Origin: an uncultured delta proteobacterium
GTDB lineage: Bacteria; Desulfobacterota; Binatia; UBA9968
DNA length: 64,000 nt
Direction of reading: 5' to 3'
Assembly (NCBI GenBank): GCA_963816145.1
Contig: CAWFJP010000004.1
Location: 64,001-128,000 of the forward strand
Shown in pieces: positions 1-10,048 of this stretch; positions within the stretch are counted from its first letter, which is position 1; the number at the start of each line of letters is the position of its first letter. The position numbers were made by a program, and so were the translations under genes. The notes beneath the pieces were generated by a model. The model was not told where the DNA came from. It saw nothing but the letters and a program-made list of their open reading frames with translations, and made no database searches.

Positions 1-2
1 AC

Positions 3-725
3 GAGCGCTTCGCCTGGTATCCCAAATACGGCATTCACAAGGAAAACCTGCGGCTGCGCGAGCATGAGAAAGACGAGCTGGCGCACTACGCCAAACGCAC
101 CGCCGACATCGAGTATCTGTTCCCGATGGGTTGGAGTGAGCTCGAAGGGATCGCCAACCGCACCGATTTCGATTTGAAGCAGCACGCCCAGTTCAGCGGC
201 AAGACCCTGGAATACTTCGACGAGGAGAGCAGGCAAAAGGTGGTTCCCTTTGTCATCGAGCCGTCGGCCGGCGCCGACCGCGGCACATTGGCGTTCCTTG
301 TCGACGCCTATCGCGAGGAAGAGGTGAAGGGCGAGAAGCGCGTGGTGCTGAACTTTCATCCCGAGCTCGCGCCGATCAAGATTGCGATCCTGCCGCTCTT
401 GAAGAAGAATTCACGGATCGTTGAGACCGCGCGGAAGCTGTGCGCCGAGCTGCGCAAACGTTGGCACTCGGTCTATGACGACACCGCGTCGATCGGCCGA
501 CTCTACCGCCGCCAGGACGAAGTCGGCACGCCGTTCTGCGTCACCGTCGATGTGCAAACGGTCGGCGATGAAAAGTCGGCGGCCGACGAAAAAGTGACGA
601 TTCGCGACCGCGACAACATGCAGCAGGTCCGCGTGCCGCTGGCGTCGTTGATTGGAGTGATGGAAAAGCTCATGGACGGCGAGTGGGCCGAGGTTCATCG
701 CCAGCACGGCGTTGCGCGAGGCTAA
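3..725 (+). CDS. glyQS: Glycine--tRNA ligase (alpha2 homodimeric type), 5'-truncated by window edge
   Basis: Open frame from base 3: ELAHYAKRTADIEYLFPMGWSELEGIANRTDFDL...VIEPSAGADR, plus anticodon-binding domain (SIGRLYRRQDEVGTPFCVTVD). Confidence 0.95.
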   Translation, partial: ERFAWYPKYGIHKENLRLREHEKDELAHYAKRTADIEYLFPMGWSELEGIANRTDFDLKQHAQFSGKTLEYFDEESRQKVVPFVIEPSAGADRGTLAFLVDAYREEEVKGEKRVVLNFHPELAPIKIAILPLLKKNSRIVETARKLCAELRKRWHSVYDDTASIGRLYRRQDEVGTPFCVTVDVQTVGDEKSAADEKVTIRDRDNMQQVRVPLASLIGVMEKLMDGEWAEVHRQHGVARG

Positions 726-768
726 GATCTAAGAACGTTGAGTTGCAATCAAGATCGATAGACACCCT

Positions 769-850
769 TCACCACGAAGGACACGAAGAGCACGAAGTTC
801 GGAGTTTAAACTATCTTAACCCTTCGTGTCCTTCGTGCTCTTCGTGGTGA
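769..850. repeat. REP-like imperfect palindrome (TCACCACGAAG...CTTCGTGGTGA family)
   Basis: Arms made of ~9-nt units CACGAAG(G/A)(A/G) and their reverse complement; same family at 38571-38650 and 50741-50769. Confidence 0.85.
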
Positions 851-856
851 GTTTGA

Positions 857-2680
857 ATGTTTTCATCGCTTGCGCCCACTGACTGCGAACCAAAGGACAC
901 AGAGATTCTTCGCTATTACCACCGGGTCAAGTTTCTCATTGACCGCTACCGTCGGCTGCTCCTTCTCGGCGTTCTTTCGCTGATCGCGACTGATTTCTCC
1001 GGCATCGCGTTGCCATGGTTGATCAAAGGCGGCATCGACACGGCGTTGCGCGCCAAAGACGACATCGCCTCGCTAATCGCTTACCCGCTGCTGATTCTCG
1101 GCGCAGCGTCGTTGCAAGGCTTTTTTCGTTTCTGCTGGCGCATCAACATTCACGGTTTCTCGCGCCGCTGCGAGGCCGACTTGCGCGATGCAGTGTTCGC
1201 CCACCTGCAAAAGTTGCCGCTCAGCTATTTTCAATACAACAAGATCGGCGACTTGATGTCGCGCCTGACCAACGACATCCACGCCGTGCGCGAGCTCATG
1301 GGTTTCGGTTCGCTGGCGATCGTCGACGCTGTGGTGGTGATTCTTTTCAGCTTGACGCTGATGATCACCATCGATCCTTGGCTGACCCTGTGGTCGATGA
1401 TGGCGATGCCGTTTATTCCGGTCGTCGTGCGCTTCTTCGGACGGCATATTTTCCGCTGGTCGCGCGACACCCAGGATCAACTGAGCGTGATGAGCGCCTA
1501 CACGCTGGAAAACTTCTCCGGCATCCGCGTCGTCCAAGCTTACGCCCAGGAGGAAAACCAGATTCACGGCTTCGATCGGATCAGCTCCGAGTACCGCAAG
1601 AAGACCATGTGGCTGGCGACGCTGTGGGGGGTTTTCTGGCCGCTGATGCAGGTTCATGCCGGCATCGCTGGCACCATCGTGCTCTGGCTTGGCGGTCGCC
1701 AGGTGTTGGCGGGAACCATGACTCTTGGAGAATACGTCGCTTTCAACGGCTATCTCGCGATGCTTACTTGGCCGCTCATGGCGATCGGTTACACCGCCAA
1801 TCAATATCAGCGCGGCACCGCGGCGCTCACCCGGATAGCCGAAGTGCTGGACACGCCCGTGGGTTCGCGTTACGCGAGTCCCACCGATCTCGAGCCGGCA
1901 AAGGCCGTGCGTGGCGCCATTGAGCTGCGCAATTTGACTTTCTCCTATGGCACCACCCAAGCGGCGGAACTGCGCAATATTAATTTGCACATTCCCGCGG
2001 GCAAGATCTGCGGCATCATCGGTGAGACCGGTGCGGGCAAGAGCACGCTGGTGAATCTTTTGCTGCGGCTTTATGAACCGCCGACGCAGTCGATTCTGAT
2101 TGACGGCATCGATATTTGCCGCATGCCGCTGCGCCAGCTGGAGGACGCCGTCGGCTTTGTCTCGCAGGATATTTTTCTGTTCTCGGGGTCGGTGCGGGAG
2201 AATATCTTGCTCGGCGTCGAGAACGGCGAGTTGGCGCGGGTCGAAGAGGCGGCGCGAATCGCCCAATTGCTGCCGGCCGTCGAGTCGTTCGGCGCCGGCT
2301 TCGAGACGATCATCGGCGAGCGCGGCGTGCGCCTATCGGGTGGACAGAAACAGCGCACCGCGCTGGCGCGAGCGCTGATCAAGGATCCGCCGATTCTAAT
2401 TCTTGACGACGCGTTTTCCAGCGTCGATGTCGAAACCGAAGAAGAGATTCTACGCGAGCTCAAACAGTTCATGCGCGGCCGCACGACGTTGCTCATATCG
2501 CATCGCATCTCCACCGTGCGCGATGCCGACATGATCGTCTACCTGAGCGGCGGCACGATCATCGAGCAGGGGACGCACGAGCAACTCTTGGCGCAGCGCG
2601 GCGCTTATTTCAGTTTGTTCCGGCGCCAGAGTCTTGAACGGGAAGTCGCCACCTTGATGCTTGAGGACGGGCAGCGATGA
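857..2680 (+). CDS. ABC exporter, fused TMD+NBD, heterodimer subunit 1 (start uncertain)
   Basis: Multi-TM domain, Walker A GETGAGKS, LSGGQKQR, degenerate Walker B ILDD. Confidence 0.92.
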   Translation: MFSSLAPTDCEPKDTEILRYYHRVKFLIDRYRRLLLLGVLSLIATDFSGIALPWLIKGGIDTALRAKDDIASLIAYPLLILGAASLQGFFRFCWRINIHGFSRRCEADLRDAVFAHLQKLPLSYFQYNKIGDLMSRLTNDIHAVRELMGFGSLAIVDAVVVILFSLTLMITIDPWLTLWSMMAMPFIPVVVRFFGRHIFRWSRDTQDQLSVMSAYTLENFSGIRVVQAYAQEENQIHGFDRISSEYRKKTMWLATLWGVFWPLMQVHAGIAGTIVLWLGGRQVLAGTMTLGEYVAFNGYLAMLTWPLMAIGYTANQYQRGTAALTRIAEVLDTPVGSRYASPTDLEPAKAVRGAIELRNLTFSYGTTQAAELRNINLHIPAGKICGIIGETGAGKSTLVNLLLRLYEPPTQSILIDGIDICRMPLRQLEDAVGFVSQDIFLFSGSVRENILLGVENGELARVEEAARIAQLLPAVESFGAGFETIIGERGVRLSGGQKQRTALARALIKDPPILILDDAFSSVDVETEEEILRELKQFMRGRTTLLISHRISTVRDADMIVYLSGGTIIEQGTHEQLLAQRGAYFSLFRRQSLEREVATLMLEDGQR

Positions 2681-4491
2681 TCGGCGCGCAGCTCCCGGAC
2701 GAGGAAATTCTCGGCAAGGCCTACGACGCGCGCTTGATGGCGCGCATCCTGCGCTACCTGCGGCCTTACTGGAAACTGCTCGCCGTCGCGTTTGTCTTTT
2801 TGCTGCTGCAGACCGGTACGCAGTTGCTCGGTCCCTATATCACCAAGATCGCCATTGACCGCTATGTGCTCGCCAAGGATGTTCATGGCCTTGATTTAAT
2901 GGCACTGGCCTATCTCGGCGTCGTTTTGTGCGGCTTTGTCGTGCTGTTCGTGCAGACCTACACCACCGAGTATATCGGCCAGCGCGCCATGCATGATTTG
3001 CGCCTGGAAATTTTCAGCCATTTGCAAAAGCAGGATCTGGCCTATTTCGACCGTAACGCGGTCGGCCGGTTGATGACCCGGACGATCAACGATGTCGAGA
3101 CGCTGAACGAACTATTCAGCACCGGCGTTGTCGGTCTCATGGGCGATGTTTCCATGGTGTTCGGCATCGCCGTGGTGATGCTTTGGCTCAACTGGCAGCT
3201 GGCGCTGGTCTGCCTCGCGGCGTTCCCGCTGATTATTTACTTGAGCCGTTTTTATCGCCGGCGCGCCCGCGAGGTCTATCGTCAGAGCCGGCTTATTCTC
3301 GGCCGGCTCAATGCCGGTTTGCAGGAAAACATCGCCGGTGTGGCGACGGTGCAGGCATTCGGTCAAGAGGAGCGGATGTACCGGCGCTTTCAACAGGTCA
3401 ATCTCAACTATCGCGATGTCTTGTTGCAGAGTATTCGCAACAACGCCGTGTTCTTTCCGGTCATCGAACTGTTCAGCGCGATCTCGGTGGGCTTGCTGCT
3501 CTGGTACGGCGGCGTGCAAATGGCGGGTCATGCGGTCGAGGCTGGCGTGCTGGTGGCGTTTCTCCAGTACATTCAACGCATGTACCAGCCGATCCGCGAT
3601 TTAGCCGAGAAATACAATATCATGCAAGCCGCCATGGCATCGTCGGAGCGGATTTTTCTCTTGCTCGATCAAGCGGAGACGATCAAGAACCCGCCCGAGC
3701 CCAAGCGCGTCGATAAATTCGCCGGCGCGGTTGAATTCAAAAACGTTCAGCTATCCTATCAGCCCGGCGATCCGGTGCTGAAAAACATTTCGTTTAAAAT
3801 TCGCCCCGGTGAAAAAGTCGCTCTGGTCGGCGCCACCGGCGGCGGCAAGACTTCGATTATCTCCGCGCTCTGCCGCTTCTACGATGTCGACTGTGGCGCG
3901 ATCCTGGTTGACGGCATCGATGTCCGCGAATGGAACAAGCAGGAGCTGCGCCGCCACTTGGGTCTGGTGTTGCAAGATGTGTTTCTGTTTTCCGGCGACA
4001 TCGCCACCAACGTTACTCTCGGCGACCCGCGCATCAGCCAAGAGCGCATGGCCGAGGCGGCGGCGCGGGCGCAGATTATGCCGTTTGTCGACAAGCTGCC
4101 GCATGGTTTCCAGGAAGAAGTCCAAGAGCGCGGCTCGACCATATCCCAAGGCCAACGCCAGCTCCTGTCGTTCGCCAGGGCCCTGGCTTTCGATCCGAAG
4201 ATACTCATTCTCGATGAAGCGACGAGCTCGGTGGATACCCAAACCGAAGCGCTGATTCAGGAGGCGCTCAACGAGCTCTTGAAAAATCGCACTGCGCTGA
4301 TCGTCGCCCACCGGCTGTCGACGATCAAGCACGCCGATCGCATTCTCGTCATCCACAACGGCGAGATCCGGGAAGAGGGCAATCACGACGAGCTGCTGGC
4401 TCACGGCGGCTTGTACGCGCGGCTCTACGAGTTGCAGTATCGCGTTCCGGAGCGTGACGGCGCGATGGCGGCGGCTGTTGCGCCGCTGTGA
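2677..4491 (+). CDS. ABC exporter, fused TMD+NBD, heterodimer subunit 2
   Basis: Walker A GATGGGKT, degenerate signature ISQGQRQ, ILDEATSS; ATGA overlap with partner gene. Confidence 0.92.
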   Translation: MIGAQLPDEEILGKAYDARLMARILRYLRPYWKLLAVAFVFLLLQTGTQLLGPYITKIAIDRYVLAKDVHGLDLMALAYLGVVLCGFVVLFVQTYTTEYIGQRAMHDLRLEIFSHLQKQDLAYFDRNAVGRLMTRTINDVETLNELFSTGVVGLMGDVSMVFGIAVVMLWLNWQLALVCLAAFPLIIYLSRFYRRRAREVYRQSRLILGRLNAGLQENIAGVATVQAFGQEERMYRRFQQVNLNYRDVLLQSIRNNAVFFPVIELFSAISVGLLLWYGGVQMAGHAVEAGVLVAFLQYIQRMYQPIRDLAEKYNIMQAAMASSERIFLLLDQAETIKNPPEPKRVDKFAGAVEFKNVQLSYQPGDPVLKNISFKIRPGEKVALVGATGGGKTSIISALCRFYDVDCGAILVDGIDVREWNKQELRRHLGLVLQDVFLFSGDIATNVTLGDPRISQERMAEAAARAQIMPFVDKLPHGFQEEVQERGSTISQGQRQLLSFARALAFDPKILILDEATSSVDTQTEALIQEALNELLKNRTALIVAHRLSTIKHADRILVIHNGEIREEGNHDELLAHGGLYARLYELQYRVPERDGAMAAAVAPL

Positions 4492-4574
4492 AGCAATGAC
4501 GCGCCGTTGGGTCCAGATCGCGTAGCTCGAAGTTAACGGCCAGAGGGCTTGGCATTTTTTTGTAAAAGTCCCGA

Positions 4575-5792
4575 TTAAGCGACGAACCCCAGCAGTCCAG
4601 CCGTGCGAAACCCTGGGAAAACTTTGTTCAGCTCTTTTTGGCCCAGATGGCGCGTGAGCACTTCGCTGCACACGGCGCGAAAGTCGGTCGTGAGGGCGAG
4701 GTCGCGGCCTTCGTAAAGCGTTTCCGGCGCGAGACCGGGCCAGCGGCCGTAGACTTTGCCGCCGCGCACGCGCCCGCCCATGGCGAACATTACGTTGGCA
4801 TGGCCATGATCGGTGCCGCGGTTGCCGTTCTCACGCGCCGTGCGGCCGAACTCCGACATGGTGAGAAGCGTGACATCGTCCATGCGGTCGCCAAGGTCAC
4901 GATAGAACGCGGCCAGACCGTCAGCCAATTCTCTGAGCCGATTGGCCAGCTGGCCGGTGGCGCCGCCTTGGTTGGCGTGGGTGTCCCAGCCGCCGATTTC
5001 AGTGAATGCCACTTCAATGCCGACATCGGCTTTGATCAGGCGGGCGATCTGCGCTAGACCGGCGCCAAAACGTCCTGCCGGATAGCGTTCCGAGGAGAAG
5101 GGTATTTTGGCATCGAGCCGTTTGAGCTCGGCCATGGCGCCGAAGAGATTCTCGGCGCCGAAGCGCAGTTCTTTGTCCGGGGTGTTAGCGTAGAGTTTTT
5201 GTAAGGCGTTGCCGAGCGCTTCATTGCGGAAGCGAAATTCTTCAATCGATGACAGCGTCAGCGCCGGTGCCGTGCCGGCCAACATGCGCGGCAATTGCGC
5301 GGTGAAGGCGATGCCGCGTAAATTTGACTGAGATTTTCTGCTTTCAAGTAAATAGCGGTTAAGCCAACCGTCCGGTGTGCTCTTGATGCCAGGTGTGCCG
5401 ATCTCCATGTAGTCCTGGGCATCGAAATGGGAGCGCGTGTTATCCGGCGAACCGGCTGCTTGGATAAACCCTAGATGGCCTTTGTCGTAGATGCTCTTGA
5501 GCGCTGCCAGCGCCGGATGCAGCCCGTAAAAGCCGTCGAGATCGATGGCGCTCTCTTCACCCGCTCCCGGCTCGCGCACGGCGATGCTCGGCCGGAGTTT
5601 GAAGTAGGCCGGATCTTTAAATGGAATGACGACATTCAAGCCATCCATGGCGCCGCGCTGAAACACCACGACCAGCGATTTATTTTTCGCCGATTGCGCG
5701 TGCGCCGCGCGGACGAGAAACGAAGGCGGTAAGCCCAGGGCGAGAAAGCCTAAACCGGTGCTTTGCAAAAAACTTCGGCGTGAGGAGTTCAT
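4575..5792 (-). CDS. DUF1501 domain protein with Tat signal
   Basis: SRRSFL twin-arginine signal; VVVFQRGAMDGLN, RSHFDAQD, GGWDTH, SEFGRT, GTDHG motifs. Confidence 0.92.
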   Translation of the reverse strand: MNSSRRSFLQSTGLGFLALGLPPSFLVRAAHAQSAKNKSLVVVFQRGAMDGLNVVIPFKDPAYFKLRPSIAVREPGAGEESAIDLDGFYGLHPALAALKSIYDKGHLGFIQAAGSPDNTRSHFDAQDYMEIGTPGIKSTPDGWLNRYLLESRKSQSNLRGIAFTAQLPRMLAGTAPALTLSSIEEFRFRNEALGNALQKLYANTPDKELRFGAENLFGAMAELKRLDAKIPFSSERYPAGRFGAGLAQIARLIKADVGIEVAFTEIGGWDTHANQGGATGQLANRLRELADGLAAFYRDLGDRMDDVTLLTMSEFGRTARENGNRGTDHGHANVMFAMGGRVRGGKVYGRWPGLAPETLYEGRDLALTTDFRAVCSEVLTRHLGQKELNKVFPGFRTAGLLGFVA

Positions 5793-5794
5793 CC

Positions 5795-7210
5795 TTATCT
5801 CCTTTGAAATTCCGGCGCCGCCAACAGCAACGCGATGGCTTGATTACCCTCGGCTTCCGCCAGGACCGTTTGCGTCGCCTGCGACAGCGAGTCCGGCGCA
5901 ATGCGGCGAACCAGACTGTCGCGATTCTTCAGTGTTTCCATCGGCACATTGGTCCCCGGCAAGCGGTTCGACAGCAGATCCGCGACGAAATTCATGCGCG
6001 TGAGCAGCATGTCGGCGCTGATCCAGGAGGCCGCGTTATCGGGATAGCCGGTGGGCGCTTGGGCCAGGAACAGCGGCTCGCCCATGCGGCCCAAGTAGCG
6101 CAGCAGTTGGTGCGTTACCTGCGCTTCGCTGCCGGTGACCCGGAGTGCGCTAGTGACGAACTCGAAAGGAGTTTTGATCTTGGCCTGATAAAAATCACGG
6201 CTGAAAAACTCCGGCGCATCGACGATGGCGCGCAAGACCGTCGGGATATCGCCGTCGCTCTGGCGAAACGCTTCCGCGGCCTTGCTGACGATCGCTGCCG
6301 GCGCTTCGTCGGCGACAAATCTGCGCGCCAATTTGGCGGCGATAAACCGCGCCGTCGACGGATGTTTGACCAGGATATCGATGACCCTTAGGCCATCGTC
6401 CATGCCGCCGCCTCGCGGGATGCGCTCGCCGAGGACGGTCTTTTCGCCGTTGTCATGCAGCCGCGGTTCAAAGCGAAATACTCCTTGACCGCGCGGTTGG
6501 ACAATTGTCCAGCCGGTGAAACAGCGGGCGACTTCCTGAACGTCCTGCTGGGTGTAGCCGCCGTCGACGCCCAACGTATGCAGCTCCATCAGCTCGCGGG
6601 CGTAGTTCTCGTTTAAGCCGCGGCGCCGATTGTTCGGCCCGCCCATGCGGGCGCCGGGGGAATCCGGACTGGCGCTCATCCAGTTGTCCAGATAAAACAG
6701 CATCGCCGGGCTTTGCGCCGTCGCTAGCAACAACTCCTTAAATTTGCCCAAGGCCAGGGGCCGGATCGTGTCGCGGTCGTAGGAAGTAGTCAACCAACGG
6801 TTGGCGCCTTTGGCGGCGTAAATGTTGAAGTGATTGCTCCAGAAATCGACCATGACTTCATAGAGTTGGCGGTTACTGTAAAGCGCGCGCAGGAGTTTGC
6901 CTTGTTGCAGCTCAAGGATCACGACGCGCGGGCCTTCCATGGACTGCATGGCCATGTCGCCTGGCTGTCTTTGCGCCCGCGGTGGTGGATAGAGTTCGAT
7001 CAGTTCGCGGCTGTTAAACCGCATGGTCTTGAGCCCCGCGACCCTTTCGTCGGCGGGGTTATCGGGGATTTTTTCCGGCGCGAGCTGCTCGTCCAGGTAG
7101 GCTCGGATGCCGATGCGCGCGGCTCTTTGCATGTTGCCCAGGGTGGGACCGAAACTGGTGCGATTCAAAAAATGGACGATTCTTTGGTCTTGACTGAGCG
7201 GCGCGGTCAT
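5795..7210 (-). CDS. DUF1800 domain protein
   Basis: HFLNRTSFG, FWSNHFN, MLFYLDN, NENYARELMELHTLG, APEFQRR; usual partner of DUF1501. Confidence 0.93.
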   Translation of the reverse strand: MTAPLSQDQRIVHFLNRTSFGPTLGNMQRAARIGIRAYLDEQLAPEKIPDNPADERVAGLKTMRFNSRELIELYPPPRAQRQPGDMAMQSMEGPRVVILELQQGKLLRALYSNRQLYEVMVDFWSNHFNIYAAKGANRWLTTSYDRDTIRPLALGKFKELLLATAQSPAMLFYLDNWMSASPDSPGARMGGPNNRRRGLNENYARELMELHTLGVDGGYTQQDVQEVARCFTGWTIVQPRGQGVFRFEPRLHDNGEKTVLGERIPRGGGMDDGLRVIDILVKHPSTARFIAAKLARRFVADEAPAAIVSKAAEAFRQSDGDIPTVLRAIVDAPEFFSRDFYQAKIKTPFEFVTSALRVTGSEAQVTHQLLRYLGRMGEPLFLAQAPTGYPDNAASWISADMLLTRMNFVADLLSNRLPGTNVPMETLKNRDSLVRRIAPDSLSQATQTVLAEAEGNQAIALLLAAPEFQRR

Positions 7211-7225
7211 GGGTTACTCCTTGGG

Positions 7226-7873
7226 CTAGTCCTTGTCCCGGCTGCGCTGTAGCTTTTCCCGGAGCTGCTCGCGATAGCGCCGTTTCTCCTCAAGCGTCCC
7301 ATGCTCTTTGAGTTCGCGAACTTTTTCGCGTAGCTCCTGTCTCTCATGGGCCGGCATGTTGTCGTAATGTTCGCGCAGCCTCTGCCGCTGCTCCTTCGTC
7401 TCCCCCAGCCGCTCGCGCCGCTCCATCAGCTGCCGGCGCAATTCTTGGCGCTTTTCCGGCGGCATTTCGCGCAGTGTCTGCAGGCGCCGTTTGATTTCTT
7501 CGCGCCGTTCGGGCGGCAGCTTGCGATATTCTTCCCAGCGTTTCTGCAAGCGTTCGCGCTCGTCCGGCGGCAGTTTCTGAAAGCGCTCAAAATTTCGCCG
7601 TGCCGTGGTCTTCTCTTCAGGGGGCAGTTTGCGCCAGTTGTCAAACTTATCCTGTAGGTCGGCTTTTTCTTTAGCGTCGAGGCTTTTCCAACGCTGGTAA
7701 CGCTCGCGCATTTCCTGTTTTTCTTCCTGCGACATCTTTTGCCAGCGGTCGAGGGATTCTTGTTCGTTCTGGACCGGCACGGGACCGGGGCGCGCGCTTT
7801 GGCTCCAAGCCGGCGCTGCCAGAAGCAATGCTGCAAGCCCGAATGGGAGCGCCGATTGGCCAAAATTTTTCAC
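7226..7873 (-). CDS. DUF3106-like secreted helical repeat protein
   Basis: Signal peptide (AWS-Q) followed by W/F-x-x-L/M-P-P-E-E-K/R repeats. Confidence 0.8.
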   Translation of the reverse strand: MKNFGQSALPFGLAALLLAAPAWSQSARPGPVPVQNEQESLDRWQKMSQEEKQEMRERYQRWKSLDAKEKADLQDKFDNWRKLPPEEKTTARRNFERFQKLPPDERERLQKRWEEYRKLPPERREEIKRRLQTLREMPPEKRQELRRQLMERRERLGETKEQRQRLREHYDNMPAHERQELREKVRELKEHGTLEEKRRYREQLREKLQRSRDKD

Positions 7874-8133
7874 TTGGGAGCCTCCTTCTTTGTCGCCGGA
7901 GCGGACTTTCGCGGCAGGGAATTCTTGGCTTGTTCGCCCAGCGACTCGGCTCGATCCAGTTCACGCATCATTTCCAGCTGCTTGATCATTTCCATTTCGC
8001 GCAAGAACTCGAGCATCTTGAGCATCTCTTTGTCCGGCGGGTCGGCTTGCTTTGTCGCGCCGAATCCGACGGATGCGGCGATCAGGAGAATGCCCAGTGG
8101 TAACCAACGGTAGGTCATGGTGCGGACCGTCAA
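7870..8133 (-). CDS. Small secreted protein carrying an anti-sigma-tail-like motif (start TTG 8133 or ATG 8118)
   Basis: 4-nt overlaps with both neighbours; hydrophobic signal; LEFLREMEMIKQLEMMRELD. Confidence 0.75.
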   Translation of the reverse strand: MTVRTMTYRWLPLGILLIAASVGFGATKQADPPDKEMLKMLEFLREMEMIKQLEMMRELDRAESLGEQAKNSLPRKSAPATKKEAPK

Positions 8134-8648
8134 GCCGCGTCGTTGGCCGAGTTGTCCATGGCTTCCAATAAGTCCAGGTTATCCAATACATCCATGGCGC
8201 GGAAGAATTCCAAGTTCTCCGCCACCGGCAGCGCTTCGGATAATTCATCGTCCGGTAGATCATTCTTGCCGTTCCATAAGCCGCGATTGAGGGTGAACGT
8301 CAGAGCCATGGCCAGCACCGCGACAGCGGCCAGAGCGGACAGGTAGCGCGGTTGAAAAATCGCGGTTAAATCTTGCCACCAAGGTTTATGGTCAACGGCG
8401 GCGTCGATTTTGTGGCGCAGCTCGCGGCTATAATCCATCCAGAACTCATGCGGCGGCGTGTCGGTTTTGACCGTTAACGGCATGAGCGTGGTAAGTTCCT
8501 TCAGGTAGTTCGAGCAGCCGGCGCAGTCGGCGAGATGAGCTTGCAGCCGTTCACGCTCGCCGCCGTCGAGGTCGCCGAAGTGAAACAATACAAGATCGGC
8601 TTCCAAGTCTGTGCAGGCAGTCGCCGCGGATTCGATTGGTTGCGCCAT
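8130..8648 (-). CDS. zf-HC2 (ZAS) membrane anti-sigma factor
   Basis: N-terminal Cys plus HLADCAGC zinc motif, one TM, short periplasmic tail; GGAGGAG RBS. Confidence 0.88.
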   Translation of the reverse strand: MAQPIESAATACTDLEADLVLFHFGDLDGGERERLQAHLADCAGCSNYLKELTTLMPLTVKTDTPPHEFWMDYSRELRHKIDAAVDHKPWWQDLTAIFQPRYLSALAAVAVLAMALTFTLNRGLWNGKNDLPDDELSEALPVAENLEFFRAMDVLDNLDLLEAMDNSANDAA

Positions 8649-8656
8649 AACTCCTC

Positions 8657-9322
8657 CTAGATCAACTCCGCCAAGCTTTGCCGCAGCGTGGTGACGGCGC
8701 GGTGCAGGTGTACTTTTACCGTGCCCTCGGCAGTTTCCATGGTTTCGGCGATTTCTCTGATCGAAAGCCCTTGGTGGTTCTTTAAAATAAATGCCGTGCG
8801 CTGTTTGGCCGGCAAGGTTTGCAGCGCGGCGTCTACTTTGCGCGAGAGCTGCCCCGCCAACACATGCTGTTCCGGCGCCAGCGGTTGAGCCGGGTTATGC
8901 GACGGTTCCATTTGATTCTCGATGTTCTCGTCAAATTCACCGGCGGATGTGCGCTTGGCGCGCCGCTTGTAATCGAGACAGACGTTGACCACGATGCGGT
9001 AAAACCAGGTGTAAAAGCTCGAGCGGCCGTCGAAGTTCTTCAAGTAGGTAAAAGCTTTTAAGAACGCTTCTTGGGACAAATCTTTGGCTTCCTCGCGATC
9101 TCGGGAGAAGCCAAAAGCGATATGGTAGGCCTTCTGTTTGTGGCGCTCGATCAGTTCATCGAACGCCCGGCGGTCGCCGTTTTGGGCCAATGCGACCAAT
9201 TCCTCATCCCCAGAGTTCGCCAATTGGCTCGTCCTGCCTTTCGTCGCTTCACGCGCGCTCGGATCACTGTGGAGGGGGCGGCGGAAGAATTCAAGTTCTT
9301 GCGCCGCTTGCAGGCATGCCAT
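8657..9322 (-). CDS. ECF RNA polymerase sigma factor
   Basis: Region 2 (DLSQEAFLKAF...FYTWFYRIVVN) and region 4 (LSIREIAETM...GTVKVHLHRA). Confidence 0.95.
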   Translation of the reverse strand: MACLQAAQELEFFRRPLHSDPSAREATKGRTSQLANSGDEELVALAQNGDRRAFDELIERHKQKAYHIAFGFSRDREEAKDLSQEAFLKAFTYLKNFDGRSSFYTWFYRIVVNVCLDYKRRAKRTSAGEFDENIENQMEPSHNPAQPLAPEQHVLAGQLSRKVDAALQTLPAKQRTAFILKNHQGLSIREIAETMETAEGTVKVHLHRAVTTLRQSLAELI

Positions 9323-9335
9323 GTCGGCTCCCGTT

Positions 9336-9731
9336 TTAGTTTGTCACGGCGTCTCGGCGGTCGCTGCGCAGTTCCTTGCGGTCCTGGCGCCGTTCGACGC
9401 GGTCCTGATGCAATTCTTTCCTGTCGCCTTTGATCTCGACCTTGTCCTGGACGATTTCTTTGCGGTCCTGGGCGATCTCTTGTGAGCTGGCGTTGTTCCT
9501 AACGTCCCGGCGCAATTCTCGACGGTCGGCGCGCAGCTGTCTAAAGTCTTTGCGCGACTCGCGACGGTCGCCCTTGATCTCCTGACGGTCGCGGTGGATT
9601 TCCTTGCGGTCCTGTCGCAGCTCGGCATTCTCCACGGGGGTGATCTTGCTTTCCGCCGCCAGCAGCGGTGATACTGCCACGGCCAAAGTAGCGACAAACA
9701 CTCCCGTGCTCATGACCGATTTACTTGTCAT
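9336..9731 (-). CDS. Secreted heptad-repeat (xxxDRxE) coiled-coil protein
   Basis: Signal peptide then ~12 seven-residue repeats such as LRQDRKE, IKGDRRE; GGAGG RBS. Confidence 0.8.
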   Translation of the reverse strand: MTSKSVMSTGVFVATLAVAVSPLLAAESKITPVENAELRQDRKEIHRDRQEIKGDRRESRKDFRQLRADRRELRRDVRNNASSQEIAQDRKEIVQDKVEIKGDRKELHQDRVERRQDRKELRSDRRDAVTN

Positions 9732-9772
9732 CTGGAAGACCTCCGGAGTTTAGTTTTTGCTTCTCCATCGGT

Positions 9773-9800
9773 TAGACGGCCCAAACGACGGTCGGTTTAC
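9773..9800 (-). promoter_or_regulatory. Putative ECF autoregulatory promoter GTAAAC-N16-CGTCTA
   Basis: -35 AAC and -10 CGTC motifs with 16-nt spacer, ~40 nt upstream of the first operon gene. Confidence 0.7.
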
Positions 9801-10048
9801 CGGCCCGTTGAGAAAATCCAGCGGTGAATTATTCAGCGAAAATTCGCTTACTTAGGATCCCATGCAGGACCATATTAGAACTCCGATGAGGGGCTTACGA
9901 GGGCTGCTTGACGTAGCCGCGGGCAAAACCGGCATTGACCCGCCAGCGCCAAGATGCGAAAGGCAGGCGGAATCTTGGGCACAGAGCTGAATCTTGAAAC
10001 TTGTAGTCGGGTCCAGAGTGACGCAGAGTGCGGATCGGACTGTTCAAG

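Noticed and set aside
769-850. Short tandem units resembling a CRISPR array
   Set aside because: Units are ~9 nt, form one inverted hairpin and have no unique spacers; no cas genes nearby.
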